64,000 bases of DNA from Candidatus Latescibacterota bacterium (GCA_963422735.1 OY730476.1:3200001-3264000); one strand, 5' to 3'; numbered from the stretch's first letter, positions 19,067 to 29,127 are shown. Made by a program: numbers and translations. The notes: generated by a model not told the origin, from the sequence alone.

Positions 19067-19903
19067 ATGGCGTTTGAACTCAACGTACCGAGCAAAATAA
19101 AGAGCATAACGAGCGCGTACACAGGCCCGCGCTTTCGCGATGGGAGGCCTAAAGTCGATGGCGATATCGTCGAGCGGATGAAGCGGGTGACCATCGAGGA
19201 AGCTTGGGGCGTACTGATGGGCAAGGGGCATTCGTTTCAGTTCGAAGGCGACTGGATCAACCTGCATCCAAACCGCGTGCTAGTCGGCCGCGCAATAACG
19301 GCCCGCTATATCCCGCATCGGCCCGACTTCGACGGCGTCGTGCAGGCCGAAGGCGAGCGGCACGGTCGGATCGGCGGCCAGAATAGCTGGGTCATAGACG
19401 CCTTAGTCGCCAACGACGTATTGGTTGTCGATCTGTTCGGCAAGGTGCTGCGCGGGACCTTTATCGGCGACAATCTCGGCACGGCGATCGCGGCCAACAC
19501 AGGGGGTACGGGCCTGATCGTCGATGGCGGCATCCGCGACGATCACCGCGTGCGCAAGCTGCCCATCAACGTGCTCTGCAAAGGGCTGCATCCCTCGGCA
19601 ATCGGCGAGGTGACTATGGCCGAGATCAACGGCCCGGTGCGGGTGGGGGCGGCGACCTGTATGCCGGGCGATATCGTGCTGGCGACCCCCACGGGCGTGA
19701 TTTTCGTGCCGCCGCAATACGCCCGCGAGGTCGTGGAGTCATCCGAAAACACCCGCCTGCGCGACTATTGGGGCAAAAAGAGCATTGCCGACGGCCGCTA
19801 CACGCCCGGAGAGGTGGATCGCAAGTGGTCGCCTAAGATGGAAAAAGAATTCGCCAAGTGGCAAAAAACGGCTGATATAGAGGCGATTTTCGCCGAATTA
19901 TAG
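19067..19903 (+). CDS. RraA family protein (HMG aldolase-like)
   Basis: LVGRAITA, VVDLFG, FIGDNL, VDGGIRD and PGDIVLATPTGVIFVP motifs. Confidence 0.85.
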   Translation: MAFELNVPSKIKSITSAYTGPRFRDGRPKVDGDIVERMKRVTIEEAWGVLMGKGHSFQFEGDWINLHPNRVLVGRAITARYIPHRPDFDGVVQAEGERHGRIGGQNSWVIDALVANDVLVVDLFGKVLRGTFIGDNLGTAIAANTGGTGLIVDGGIRDDHRVRKLPINVLCKGLHPSAIGEVTMAEINGPVRVGAATCMPGDIVLATPTGVIFVPPQYAREVVESSENTRLRDYWGKKSIADGRYTPGEVDRKWSPKMEKEFAKWQKTADIEAIFAEL

Positions 19904-19908
19904 AAAAT

Positions 19909-19938
19909 GGGCCGAGGCAGATACAAATGCCCCGGCCC
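19909..19938. terminator. Hairpin between convergent genes
   Basis: GGGCCGAGGCA ... TGCCCCGGCCC inverted repeat. Confidence 0.5.
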
Positions 19939-19962
19939 GCTGTCGGACAGCTTTTCCCGCTG

Positions 19963-21051
19963 CTAGCGCACCAGCCAAGCGCTGAAGCGCTCGTTCATCT
20001 CGTCCATGTTGTCGCTCCACCAGCGCCAGTCGTTGTGCAGCGCGCCCGCCGCGTTGGCTGGATACGTAGGCATGTGCGGGGCCATCTCCTCGCCGGTCTC
20101 GGCGTGGACCGAAATGAGATCCATGCCCGAGTGCCGCGCCGGCGCATAGGCAATGTAGCGGCCCACGCCGGCCATGGACGCCGGCCGGGCCGCAAAGGCA
20201 AGGAACTTGTGCGCAGCCTCCAAATTCGGTGCCCCCGCCGGGATGACGAGCTGGCCTATGCCCATCACTTGGCCGTCCCAGACGATAGTAAAGGGCTGCT
20301 TCTCTAAGACCTGCGCGTTGAATATGCGCCCATTGTACGCCGTGGTCATCGCCACTTCGCCATCCGCGAGCATCTGCGGCGGCTGCGCACCGGTCTCCCA
20401 CCAGACCACCTGATCCTTGATCGCGTCGAGCTTGCGGAATGCGCGACTGACCCCTTCGGGCGTGTCGAGGGTGGCGTACACCTCGTCCCGGGGCACCCCA
20501 TCGGCCATCAGGGCAAACTCCAAGTTTACGGCCGGCGTACGCCGCATTCCGCGCCGGCCCGGGAACGCCTCAAGGTCGAAAAAGTCGGCGATGGTCTCTG
20601 GTTTGCGCTCCTCAAAATGGTCCGTGCGGTACGCATAGATGGTTGAGTAGAACAACGTGCCGAGGCCGCATTCGCCCATAGTTTCCGGGTAAAAGTCGTC
20701 CGCGGCCGATTCGCCATTCGCCCCGAGAGGTAGCTCAAAGTCTAGCACTTCGAGGAGGCCCTCGTCGCAGCCGGTCATGGCATCGGCGACCTCCATATCC
20801 ACCACGTCCCAATGCACGGCCCCCGCCTCCACTTGGGTGCGCAATTGGGCGAGGCCGCCGTTGTAGTCCTCCAAGTGGACTTCAATGCCCGTCTCGGCCG
20901 TAAACGCCTCGTGATAGCCTTTTACGCAGGCGCGTGCATACGATCCGCCCCAAGACACCACGGTCAGGGATTCCGCGTTGGCCGCCGCACACCACGTCAG
21001 CGCGGCCAAAGCACCCGTCCAAACTAGCCTGCTAGCCCAACTTTTATTCAT
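19963..21051 (-). CDS. ABC transporter substrate-binding protein (polyamine PotD/PotF-like), orphan
   Basis: Signal peptide, LTVVSWGGSY, WDVVD, FPGRRG, LEFALMADGV and AYNGR motifs. Confidence 0.88.
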   Translation of the reverse strand: MNKSWASRLVWTGALAALTWCAAANAESLTVVSWGGSYARACVKGYHEAFTAETGIEVHLEDYNGGLAQLRTQVEAGAVHWDVVDMEVADAMTGCDEGLLEVLDFELPLGANGESAADDFYPETMGECGLGTLFYSTIYAYRTDHFEERKPETIADFFDLEAFPGRRGMRRTPAVNLEFALMADGVPRDEVYATLDTPEGVSRAFRKLDAIKDQVVWWETGAQPPQMLADGEVAMTTAYNGRIFNAQVLEKQPFTIVWDGQVMGIGQLVIPAGAPNLEAAHKFLAFAARPASMAGVGRYIAYAPARHSGMDLISVHAETGEEMAPHMPTYPANAAGALHNDWRWWSDNMDEMNERFSAWLVR

Positions 21052-21056
21052 ATCGC

Positions 21057-21692
21057 TTACCTGTTGGGCTGCGGCGTGACGCGCAGGTAGGGTTTAACCG
21101 CCGTGAAGCCCTGAGGGAATTTCTCGGTAGCTTCCGCGTCCGAGAGGGCCGGGACCACGATGCAGTCGTCGCCGTCTTGCCAGTTGGCCGGGGTGGCGAC
21201 CGAGTAATTGGCCGTTAGCTGCAGCGAATCAATCACGCGCAAAATTTCGTCGAAGTTGCGGCCTGTCGAGGCCGGGTAGGTCAGCGTCAGCTTGACCTTT
21301 TTGTCCGGGCCAATGACGAAAACCGAGCGCACGGTCATGTTGTCGAGCGCATTGGGGTGAATCATGCCGTAGAGCTCGGCGACCTTGCGCTCGGGATCGG
21401 CGATCATCGGGAAGCCGACATTGGCGTTTTGGGTCTCGTTGATGTCGGCGATCCAGCCCTCGTGGTCGTCAACCGAGTTGACGCTCAAGGCGATGATCTT
21501 AACGCCGCGCTTTTCGAATTCCTCTTCGATGTTGGCCACTGTACCTAACTCCGTGGTGCAGACCGGGGTGAAGTCGGCGGGGTGGGAAAAGAGCACCCCC
21601 CAAGAGCCGCCGAGCCATTCGTGAAAGTTGATGGGGCCTGCGGTGGTTTCCGCGCTGAAATCAGGGGCTTCGTCGCCGAGTTGGATAGCCAT
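21057..21692 (-). CDS. 1-Cys peroxiredoxin (Prx6)
   Basis: FSHPADFTPVCTTE, YPASTGRNFDE and ATPANW motifs. Confidence 0.95.
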   Translation of the reverse strand: MAIQLGDEAPDFSAETTAGPINFHEWLGGSWGVLFSHPADFTPVCTTELGTVANIEEEFEKRGVKIIALSVNSVDDHEGWIADINETQNANVGFPMIADPERKVAELYGMIHPNALDNMTVRSVFVIGPDKKVKLTLTYPASTGRNFDEILRVIDSLQLTANYSVATPANWQDGDDCIVVPALSDAEATEKFPQGFTAVKPYLRVTPQPNR

Positions 21693-21765
21693 GATGGTTC
21701 TCCTTTTTCCTACTTGAGAGGGTTTGCAAACGAACATTCAAATATCAAGGTACTCCTAGCCGTCG

Positions 21766-22593
21766 TCAATTGGTCGCCAACAGCCGCTTGAGATAGCGGG
21801 CACTCTCGCGGACAGCGGCTTGAGTATCCAGTTCGGCTGAAGCCTGATGAACCGTTACATAGCCCTTGTAGCCGACCGCGCGCAGCGCGTCAATCAGTGG
21901 CGGAAAGCTAATGCCTCCTTTTCCCCACAAGGGAATCTGGCGGAACCGCACCTCGCCACGGCACCACGTATCGAGCGCGTCTGGACCATCGGCGGTCAAG
22001 ACGTGATTTTGCAGATACACATTGAATATATGCGGCGCGAAGCGGCGGATGGCATTCAGCCCATAAGGCTGGCCGCATAGCTCTAGGTTGGCCGGTTCGT
22101 AGATTAGGCCGAAATTGGGGCGGCCGATGCTCTCCAAGACTTGCAGCGAGCGATCAATTTCCTCAAAGAGGCTGCGGGTGTGGCACTGGTGTGCTAGGCG
22201 CATATCGCGCTCGGCGGCTTCGTCGGCCGCACGGCAGACCCAAGGGATATCTTCGTCCTGTTTCAGGCAGACGCGCAGTAGCGGAGCGCCGAGCTGTTCG
22301 GCTATATCGAGATAGGGCGTTATATTGCGGAGGGCACCCGGCCCTTGGTCGGAGTTTTCCGGGATGGGGAAGTCGCCAGTGAACATGGAGACGGTCAGCG
22401 AGTAGCGACCGAGAAGGGCACGAGCAACGGCAACCGTCTCTGGCGGGCTGTGGACACCCACTTGCGAGGCGCGCATACAGAGGGCGTCGTAGCCGTGCTC
22501 GGTGGCAAGGATGGCCAATTGTTTGAGCGTCATATTGGCTTCGCGCTTGGCGTGGAATTTTTCGGCCACGCGGACCGAGAGCGAGAGTTTCAT
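21766..22593 (-). CDS. Sugar phosphate isomerase/epimerase family TIM barrel
   Basis: AP-endonuclease-2-like pattern (NFGLIYEPAN, G.ISF..LI..L..VGY.GYVTV). The usual metal ligands look substituted. Confidence 0.7.
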   Translation of the reverse strand: MKLSLSVRVAEKFHAKREANMTLKQLAILATEHGYDALCMRASQVGVHSPPETVAVARALLGRYSLTVSMFTGDFPIPENSDQGPGALRNITPYLDIAEQLGAPLLRVCLKQDEDIPWVCRAADEAAERDMRLAHQCHTRSLFEEIDRSLQVLESIGRPNFGLIYEPANLELCGQPYGLNAIRRFAPHIFNVYLQNHVLTADGPDALDTWCRGEVRFRQIPLWGKGGISFPPLIDALRAVGYKGYVTVHQASAELDTQAAVRESARYLKRLLATN

Positions 22594-22674
22594 GGGGATC
22601 CTCGCGGTTGAGGGTTGTTGGCGGCCTGCTTAGGGACCTTCGGGTAATTTGCACAAAGAAAGGATAGCAAACCA

Positions 22675-23535
22675 ATGAGAACGATCCGCGCAATATGGAT
22701 TGCAGTCGTCGCCGGCTTGGTGGCCGTTCCGGCCCAAGCTTGGTGGGGGGATGGGCACGGAATTCTGACCGAAGGGGCGGTGCTGGCCCTGCCGGAGGAC
22801 GTGCCGGCTTTCTTTCGGCAAGGCGGCAACATGGCCAGCCACGTGGTCTTCGATCCAGATCTGTTTAAGAATCGCCGCGCCCCCGCGCTGAGCCACGCCG
22901 AGCACGGAGAACACTATTTCGATCTAGAGTTCCTTGGGGGTCGAGCGATTCCGACGAAGCGCTTTGACTTTATCGCCTTGTGCCAAGAGCTGGACTTGAA
23001 TCCGACCAAGGTCGGGCTGGCACCCTACGCCATCGCCGAGTGGACCGAGCGGCTAGCCGTGGCCTTTGCCGAGCATCGCAAGTGGCCGGAAAACGAGGCG
23101 ATTCAGCAGAAATGCCTCGTCTATGCGGGCATTCTCGCCCACTATGCCCAAGACATTTGCCAGCCCCTACACGCGACCCGGTACTTCGACGGCAAGGAGC
23201 AGGAGGACGGCACGGTTATAGGCAAAGGTATTCACGAACAGGTGGATTCATCGGTGGAGCGGCTCGGCTTTATACCGCAGAATTTGGCAGCCGGGCAAGA
23301 GGTGGCATCCTTTGATTCGCTGATGGAGAGCATCGTCGATCAAATCGAACAGAGCAATAGGCTAGTAGAAGAAGTGTACGCGCTACTAGATCAATGGGAC
23401 GAAGAAGAAGATGCCCAGATGCACACCTTTGTCGAGGCGCGCGCCCGCACCGCCGTGCGCTTCACGGCCTCGCTCTACCTAACGGCTTGGCATCAGTCTG
23501 CCGAAATTCGCTTGCCGGGGTGGTTGCACCGCTGA
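22675..23535 (+). CDS. Secreted S1/P1 nuclease / zinc phospholipase C-like protein
   Basis: Signal peptide ending AQA, mature N-terminus WWGDGH, EHYFD, HYAQDICQPLH and IHE zinc ligands. Confidence 0.8.
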   Translation: MRTIRAIWIAVVAGLVAVPAQAWWGDGHGILTEGAVLALPEDVPAFFRQGGNMASHVVFDPDLFKNRRAPALSHAEHGEHYFDLEFLGGRAIPTKRFDFIALCQELDLNPTKVGLAPYAIAEWTERLAVAFAEHRKWPENEAIQQKCLVYAGILAHYAQDICQPLHATRYFDGKEQEDGTVIGKGIHEQVDSSVERLGFIPQNLAAGQEVASFDSLMESIVDQIEQSNRLVEEVYALLDQWDEEEDAQMHTFVEARARTAVRFTASLYLTAWHQSAEIRLPGWLHR

Positions 23536-23605
23536 GTGAGCGGCAGCACCCGTCCTGCGTGCAGCAGGGTAGCCGGTTTATTTCACTTTGTCGGGACGGT
23601 TGGCG

Positions 23606-24406
23606 TTAGTTGTTTATGCCCGAAGTTCGAACGGATGCGCGAACTTGGCCTCCGTGTTCCGCGAGCCAAGAGCGGAAGAATTGCAACACGGCTTCGCCAT
23701 CTCCCTGCTGTCGTTGCTTCCGCTGAATGAGCCATAGCTCAATCTCGACGCTCCGCAGGTCCGGGTTTAGCCCTCGGGCTTGGGGGCTGCCGTAGAAATG
23801 CTTGAAATTCGGCTGATTCTTGTAGAACGAGATCGCGTCACTGTTCTGCAGGAGATCTGAAATGATGATGAGACGCCGAGGAACATTGCGTCGTTTGGTA
23901 CTCTGGAAATGCGTTATGGCAACCGACTGCACCGATTCCATGATCGGCGACGATTTCGCCTCTTTATTGGTGAGCAGCTTTCCGAGCTCCTCTTCTAAAG
24001 GCGTGCGAAATTTCTGCTGCCAGTTGCGCCGAATGATCGCTTCGGATTGCGTGAGGTGATCGACGTTGTCCGGGTCGCCGGGGCTACAGACCTTGATAAT
24101 CGGGTCGAGGCTCCCGCCATGCGTAGGGTCCACCGCAAAAAGACTGATCTCGTGATTTTCCTCAATCTCATCGAGCAGATTCCAGATACGAGTCTCCAGA
24201 TCGGACTTGGTAGTGGGCATGAACGAATCTGTGCGATCGAGCAGGACTGCCGTAATCGCCGAGGGCCCCTCCGACCGGCAGAGGGTCCTCGGGTCGCGCT
24301 CGATCGACGGCGGCTTTAGCACCACAAAAACGAGCAAGATAACGACGACCCCCGCGATCATCGCACCGCCTGCTATCATTTTATTCGATAGCTTGCTTTT
24401 ACCCAT
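23606..24406 (-). CDS. Membrane-anchored vWA-like hypothetical protein
   Basis: N-terminal TM, VLLDRTDS (MIDAS-like DxTxS), SPIMES and LIIISDLLQNS. Confidence 0.7.
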   Translation of the reverse strand: MGKSKLSNKMIAGGAMIAGVVVILLVFVVLKPPSIERDPRTLCRSEGPSAITAVLLDRTDSFMPTTKSDLETRIWNLLDEIEENHEISLFAVDPTHGGSLDPIIKVCSPGDPDNVDHLTQSEAIIRRNWQQKFRTPLEEELGKLLTNKEAKSSPIMESVQSVAITHFQSTKRRNVPRRLIIISDLLQNSDAISFYKNQPNFKHFYGSPQARGLNPDLRSVEIELWLIQRKQRQQGDGEAVLQFFRSWLAEHGGQVRASVRTSGINN

Positions 24407-25815
24407 TACTTCTCGTCCTGGTCGTCCCTCGGGCTATCCGGCTGCCGGCGATGCGGGGCCAAAGGTCTCAATTCCTCGCTACCCATATTGTACTGATTGT
24501 GTAGCTCCCTTGCACCGTTATCAATTTTTATCTCAGCCGCGCCGGTGATCTTCAAAATTTCCTCGCGCGTCAGCATGGCCTTCGGCAAGCTGGTGTCTAT
24601 TGACGTTTTCACTATTCGCCAAGGCTTCTTGAATCGCTCTGGTGCTTCTCCGCCTCTCATCGCCCGGTTGGTATCCCGGTAGAGCTTAAGCAAGTGGTTT
24701 CCCGCGTGCTCCAAGTGCCCTAGATGGTCGTCGAACGATTTGATAAGGCGTCGATGGTCGTCGATGATAGAATCGTGTTGTCGTCCCGCGAGCAAAATAT
24801 TTTGCTTGATGTCCTCCAACGCTTGCACCGCCTCATCGGACGTTTTCTTTAATCCCTTTAGACAGGCCTGATAGAGCGCGTTGTATGCTTCGTCGGCCTC
24901 CGCAAATACGCGTGCGCACTTCGCGTAACCCGGATAGCGGTCATCCCACAGGATTCCATCGATAAAGCTAATAATCGCAAATAGGAATCCCATGAAGAAC
25001 AGGATCCACGATTGGAAGTCCCCTAGGCCCAATGGATTCTCGCCGAAAGCGGCAATTGCGAGTTTCCCCCCTTCTTCGAGCACCGTACCGGTTGTTTCCC
25101 GATAGTGCGCCACCATCAGGTTGAAAAACAGCGCAAAGGCCATAAACACCACAGAGCCGGCGATGCCCACGGCCTTTCTGCTCCAGTGGATGTGGTTGAA
25201 ACTGGTGACGAGGATGCCGAGCAAAAAGGCAATACCGAGATTGACAAACGAGATGACAACCGCCTCGGTGTACGCGCCGAACAGCCCAAACTCGTTGCCC
25301 TTTGCCAAAAAGGAGGCATTGCCAAATGTCTCAATGAGAAAGAGCACGGCGATGATGCCTATATTAAATATCTTATCGTCCCAACTACGGGGCTGCGGCT
25401 CGCGACTAAGGCCATTTTGTTCCTTAAACTGCTGCAAGTCTTCTTTTTTTCTGCGCAGATACTGTTGCTCTCTACTCAACTCTACTATGGCCTTATCGAC
25501 ATTCTGATCGAACTCCGCTCGTTGCTTGGCCGTTTCAATCTCAATGGAACTTAGTTGCTCCCGGAAATCTAGCGCGACGAGACGCTCCCTGTATGCCCTT
25601 AGCTCGTTCTCGCACGTCTTCTGTGCCTGTGCTTGAGCGCTTTCAATCATCCCGATAACCTTGCGTTCTGTGGGGTCGAGATCGTCTTCCGCACTATCTA
25701 ATGCAGGCCGCCCCCGCCTCGCGTTCCTTTGGCTATCTTCTACTATATGCAGATCTTCCGCGACCTTATTAGTGTCGATCTTCTCAAACGGGTTGGTGTG
25801 AAGATCGTCTATCAT
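24406..25815 (-). CDS. Coiled-coil protein with about 4 central TM helices, hypothetical
   Basis: 469-aa ORF with heptad-rich N- and C-terminal regions and four hydrophobic segments. TAATG coupling to the downstream gene; GAGGAG RBS. Confidence 0.8.
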   Translation of the reverse strand: MIDDLHTNPFEKIDTNKVAEDLHIVEDSQRNARRGRPALDSAEDDLDPTERKVIGMIESAQAQAQKTCENELRAYRERLVALDFREQLSSIEIETAKQRAEFDQNVDKAIVELSREQQYLRRKKEDLQQFKEQNGLSREPQPRSWDDKIFNIGIIAVLFLIETFGNASFLAKGNEFGLFGAYTEAVVISFVNLGIAFLLGILVTSFNHIHWSRKAVGIAGSVVFMAFALFFNLMVAHYRETTGTVLEEGGKLAIAAFGENPLGLGDFQSWILFFMGFLFAIISFIDGILWDDRYPGYAKCARVFAEADEAYNALYQACLKGLKKTSDEAVQALEDIKQNILLAGRQHDSIIDDHRRLIKSFDDHLGHLEHAGNHLLKLYRDTNRAMRGGEAPERFKKPWRIVKTSIDTSLPKAMLTREEILKITGAAEIKIDNGARELHNQYNMGSEELRPLAPHRRQPDSPRDDQDEK

Positions 25816-25947
25816 CGCACACTCCTCCTCATTTACGCGTCTTTGGGGCTGAAAATAAAAAACGGCAGGGGATTGAGGGGATTGAGGGGATTGTATTAAA
25901 GATATGCATAACTGCGATTTTCGCCCCCTATTCTTTGTTTTTTACCC

Positions 25948-27081
25948 TTAAATCACCACCCTAAACCCCTCTCGATCTTCCATTCCCTGCGCGAAGATGC
26001 GCGGGTCAATGTCGAGACCCGCGCCGGGCGTGTCGGGCACGTGCAGGATGGAGCCGGCGAGCCGCCAGCCATCGATGATCAGTCCGGGCATGGTAGCCGG
26101 CGCGGCTTCGAGCAGGCAGAAGTTGGGGATGGAAGCGGCGAAATGGGCGTGGTGAAAGCGCTCGACGTAAGACCCCCAGCAATGGGGAGCGCAGAGCGCG
26201 TTCCACTGCTCTAGACGCGCCGATGTGCTCCGCCACCACGTCAGTCCCATGGCGCGAAAATCGTGCTGTACCACGTCGATAAATCCCTTTTCTACCAAGT
26301 CAAAAAAGTACGGTGGGGGCGAAAATTCTCCGTCGGCAACGAGCGTGTCCCATTCATTTCCGACGATGTGTTCCTTAAGTGCTTGGTTGAGCGGGGCGTC
26401 TTCGGCAAAAGGTTCCTCAAACCAATAGATGCCCACGTCCGTGCAGGCGTCCAACAGGGCTATGGCCGTGTTGAGCGTGTTGCCCATGTTGGCGTCGATG
26501 AGCACCTTGGCCTGCGGGCCAGCGGCTTCGCGCACCGTGCGGATGACCAACTCGTCGCGCTTAAGGCCCGCGGCCGTGGGCATCCAGCGCGCGCCGCGGC
26601 CGACCTTGATCTTGAAATGCAAATAGCCATGCTCGTGGCCGGTGGCGACTTCGCCGCGGAAAATGTCTTTGACCTGTTCCTCATCTGTGGCTTCCAAATC
26701 GTCGATATAGACCGAGCCGTCGTACACTTCGACCTGGCGTTTGCCGCGGGCACCGAGCAGGCGGTACAGCGGCAAATCCATCATCCGCGCCACCAAATCC
26801 CACAGCGGTAAATCGAGGTTGCGGCCCGCCGGCAAGCAGCCATCGGGAAGCTGGAAGAGATCGCTTATTTCCTTGCCGAGGAGCGCGTGCGCCTCGGCCT
26901 CGCCAATGCGAGACCAACCCAAGCCCCAAGCCCCGCTGTCCGTGCGTACTCTGGCGACCGGGTCCGCGATCTGTGTGCCATGGGCGGGAATGCGGGCGTT
27001 GAAGCCGATGTAGCGCGGCCTGCTGCCGCGCAGAACGCATTTTTCAATACAAGTAATCTTCCCTTTGGGGACTTCGTGCAT
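25948..27081 (-). CDS. Enolase superfamily (mandelate racemase-like) enzyme
   Basis: LWDL.A...LPLY.LLG, KIKVGRG, IDAN, WFEEPF, ADGE, APH and VPDTPGAG motifs. Confidence 0.88.
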   Translation of the reverse strand: MHEVPKGKITCIEKCVLRGSRPRYIGFNARIPAHGTQIADPVARVRTDSGAWGLGWSRIGEAEAHALLGKEISDLFQLPDGCLPAGRNLDLPLWDLVARMMDLPLYRLLGARGKRQVEVYDGSVYIDDLEATDEEQVKDIFRGEVATGHEHGYLHFKIKVGRGARWMPTAAGLKRDELVIRTVREAAGPQAKVLIDANMGNTLNTAIALLDACTDVGIYWFEEPFAEDAPLNQALKEHIVGNEWDTLVADGEFSPPPYFFDLVEKGFIDVVQHDFRAMGLTWWRSTSARLEQWNALCAPHCWGSYVERFHHAHFAASIPNFCLLEAAPATMPGLIIDGWRLAGSILHVPDTPGAGLDIDPRIFAQGMEDREGFRVVI

Positions 27082-27095
27082 GATCAAGCTCCTCG

Positions 27096-28196
27096 TCAGG
27101 GCGGGGGCAAGAGGCCCTCGCCGTTCCACAATCGGGTCTGCGGCCAGTAGGCCGACCACCCAAACCACATCGAATTATAGGCTGGGATTTGCTCTAACTG
27201 CGCTCCCTTGAGCGGCCCGGCAAGGGCCTCGCCGAGCATGTTCCACTCGCTGCCGGTCTCCACATCGGCAAAGGCCAAGGGCAGGTCTCTGGTGCGGTCG
27301 AGTATGCGGAAGGTCAAAAGCTGGCCATCGACGACGCGGCTGTAGGGAATGGCGGTGACAGTCGCCAAGTGGTAGAGCACGAGTACGGCGCGGTCGCCAA
27401 CGCGATCGTTGATGACTGCCTTATTGGGCATCCTAGTAAAAGGATAGGCCTTGCCCTCGCTGGCGGCTCGCAACCCCAAGACCATTTCCTTGGCCGACAA
27501 GCGGTCGCTGGGCCGTGCGGTGGTCAGCGGAAAAATAATCATCCGGTGGTTGCTGCGATAGTTGCCATAAGGGTAGTGACCATAGGCATCGAGCGGATAG
27601 AGTGCGCGAATAGAGTCCGGGTAGCGGTCGAGGCCGGTCGCCGCTTGGACGACCGTGGTGTGCGGATGCAGCGTGCGCCACAGGCCCCAAGTCGTCTCAA
27701 CCACGGGCAAGAGCTGGAGGAGGCGCCCTCTGTATTCGCCACTAATACCAACGTAGATCATCTGCGGGTACAGGGTTTTCTCGTCGCGGCGGTCGTACAG
27801 CACCAAGTTGCTGTTGAGCACCATGCCGGAGACGCCGAATTCGATTTGTGCTGAGTCTGGGGCCGTCGCGTCAAAAACTAGCCCGGTGCTGGTCAGCGGA
27901 CAGAACGTGACGCTAATGTACTGGCCGCCGAGTTGGTCGTTGATGACTTCGTGCTTCCAGCCAAGGCGATGCGGATAGGCCCGCGCGGCCCCGTTTGCGA
28001 CCACGCCGAGAACTAGGTCTGTATCCGCGAGATAATGCGCGTCTGCCGGCGCAACGCTCTGTGGGTTGGTCAGGGCCGGGATGCCGTCGCGGGGCAGTCC
28101 GCCCGAGTGCAGGTGGTGGGTCAGCTCGCCGAGGCGGTTGTAGATGTCGGCGCGGAGGGGAACGGCGATGAAGAGGGCAAGCAGGATGCGGGTCAT
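27096..28196 (-). CDS. DUF3179 domain protein, secreted
   Basis: GGLPRDGIPAL, ARAYP, HEVIND, TFCPLT, FGVSG, NSNLVLYDR and WFGW motifs. Confidence 0.85.
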   Translation of the reverse strand: MTRILLALFIAVPLRADIYNRLGELTHHLHSGGLPRDGIPALTNPQSVAPADAHYLADTDLVLGVVANGAARAYPHRLGWKHEVINDQLGGQYISVTFCPLTSTGLVFDATAPDSAQIEFGVSGMVLNSNLVLYDRRDEKTLYPQMIYVGISGEYRGRLLQLLPVVETTWGLWRTLHPHTTVVQAATGLDRYPDSIRALYPLDAYGHYPYGNYRSNHRMIIFPLTTARPSDRLSAKEMVLGLRAASEGKAYPFTRMPNKAVINDRVGDRAVLVLYHLATVTAIPYSRVVDGQLLTFRILDRTRDLPLAFADVETGSEWNMLGEALAGPLKGAQLEQIPAYNSMWFGWSAYWPQTRLWNGEGLLPPP

Positions 28197-28369
28197 GGCT
28201 TCGGGCACTAGGGAAGCGATGCGGGAGGTTCAATTATACAAGGGAGCCGTTGGATGTCAAACGGCTCCCTCGGATCGTCGCCAGCTTGCAGATGGCTGCG
28301 GACTGCAAGAAGTTACCTACCTTCTGCACAGTCGAGAGACACTTCAAGTTCACTGAGGAGACTGCCATT

Positions 28370-28753
28370 GTGCCCCAGGCCTTCAACCCCCAACCCTTCG
28401 GCATTTTCTCCAGCGCCGCTTGGCAAGCCGAGGGCCGCGTCCTCCATCTCTCGGGCCAAGTGGCCCAAGCCGCCGATGGCCATGCGGTAGGCGTCGGCGA
28501 TATCGAGGTGCAGACGCGCCAAGTTCTGGCCAGTGTGGGAGGCCGTCTAGACGATATTGTCAGGGTGACGGTTTTCGTCGCGGATATGGCTCATCTCGAC
28601 CCGATCCACCGAGTGCGGGCCGAGTACTTCACGCCGCCATATCCAGCCAGTACCCTCGTCGAGGTTAGCCGACTGGTGCGGGCCGAGTACCTCATTGAAA
28701 TAGACGCGGTGGCCTCCATCTCCTACGATCGGGTACAGGAGCCTGTGCCGTGA
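28370..28753 (+). CDS. RidA/YjgF family protein (non-Arg subgroup, possibly eroded)
   Basis: LSGQVA, QTRQVL, DIVRVTVF, YPAST and LIEIDAVA motifs. GTG start after GAGGAG. Confidence 0.8.
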   Translation: MPQAFNPQPFGIFSSAAWQAEGRVLHLSGQVAQAADGHAVGVGDIEVQTRQVLASVGGRLDDIVRVTVFVADMAHLDPIHRVRAEYFTPPYPASTLVEVSRLVRAEYLIEIDAVASISYDRVQEPVP

Positions 28754-29127
28754 ACGCCCGCCAAACGGTCAAGGCTTATTTCGCCGCGTTGACAACAGGC
28801 GATGCCGATCAGCTCATTGACCTTCTTTCCCCAGCCGATCACTTTGTCAAGATTGGCACGGAACCCGGGGAATACATCGAGGGTGGGGGCCGCGCTGCTC
28901 AGTACTACTACCACCACGTCGCCAGTACCCGGGATTTTACCATCGACACAGAGCACCTCGATGTGCAGGAGCGCGGTCCGGTGGCTTGGTTCTACACCCG
29001 GCAGCAGTGGCGGCTCAAATGGCAAGGTCAGTACGAGGAACTGGCCCTGCGCTTGACGGGCGTATTGGAGCGGGAAGCGGGCGAGTGGAAGTTCGCGCAG
29101 CTCCACGCTTCCATAGGGGTGGCCTAG
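28750..29127 (+). CDS. NTF2/SnoaL-like protein
   Basis: IGTEPGE, VAWF and RLTGVLERE.GEWKFAQLHAS motifs. Confidence 0.85.
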   Translation: MNARQTVKAYFAALTTGDADQLIDLLSPADHFVKIGTEPGEYIEGGGRAAQYYYHHVASTRDFTIDTEHLDVQERGPVAWFYTRQQWRLKWQGQYEELALRLTGVLEREAGEWKFAQLHASIGVA

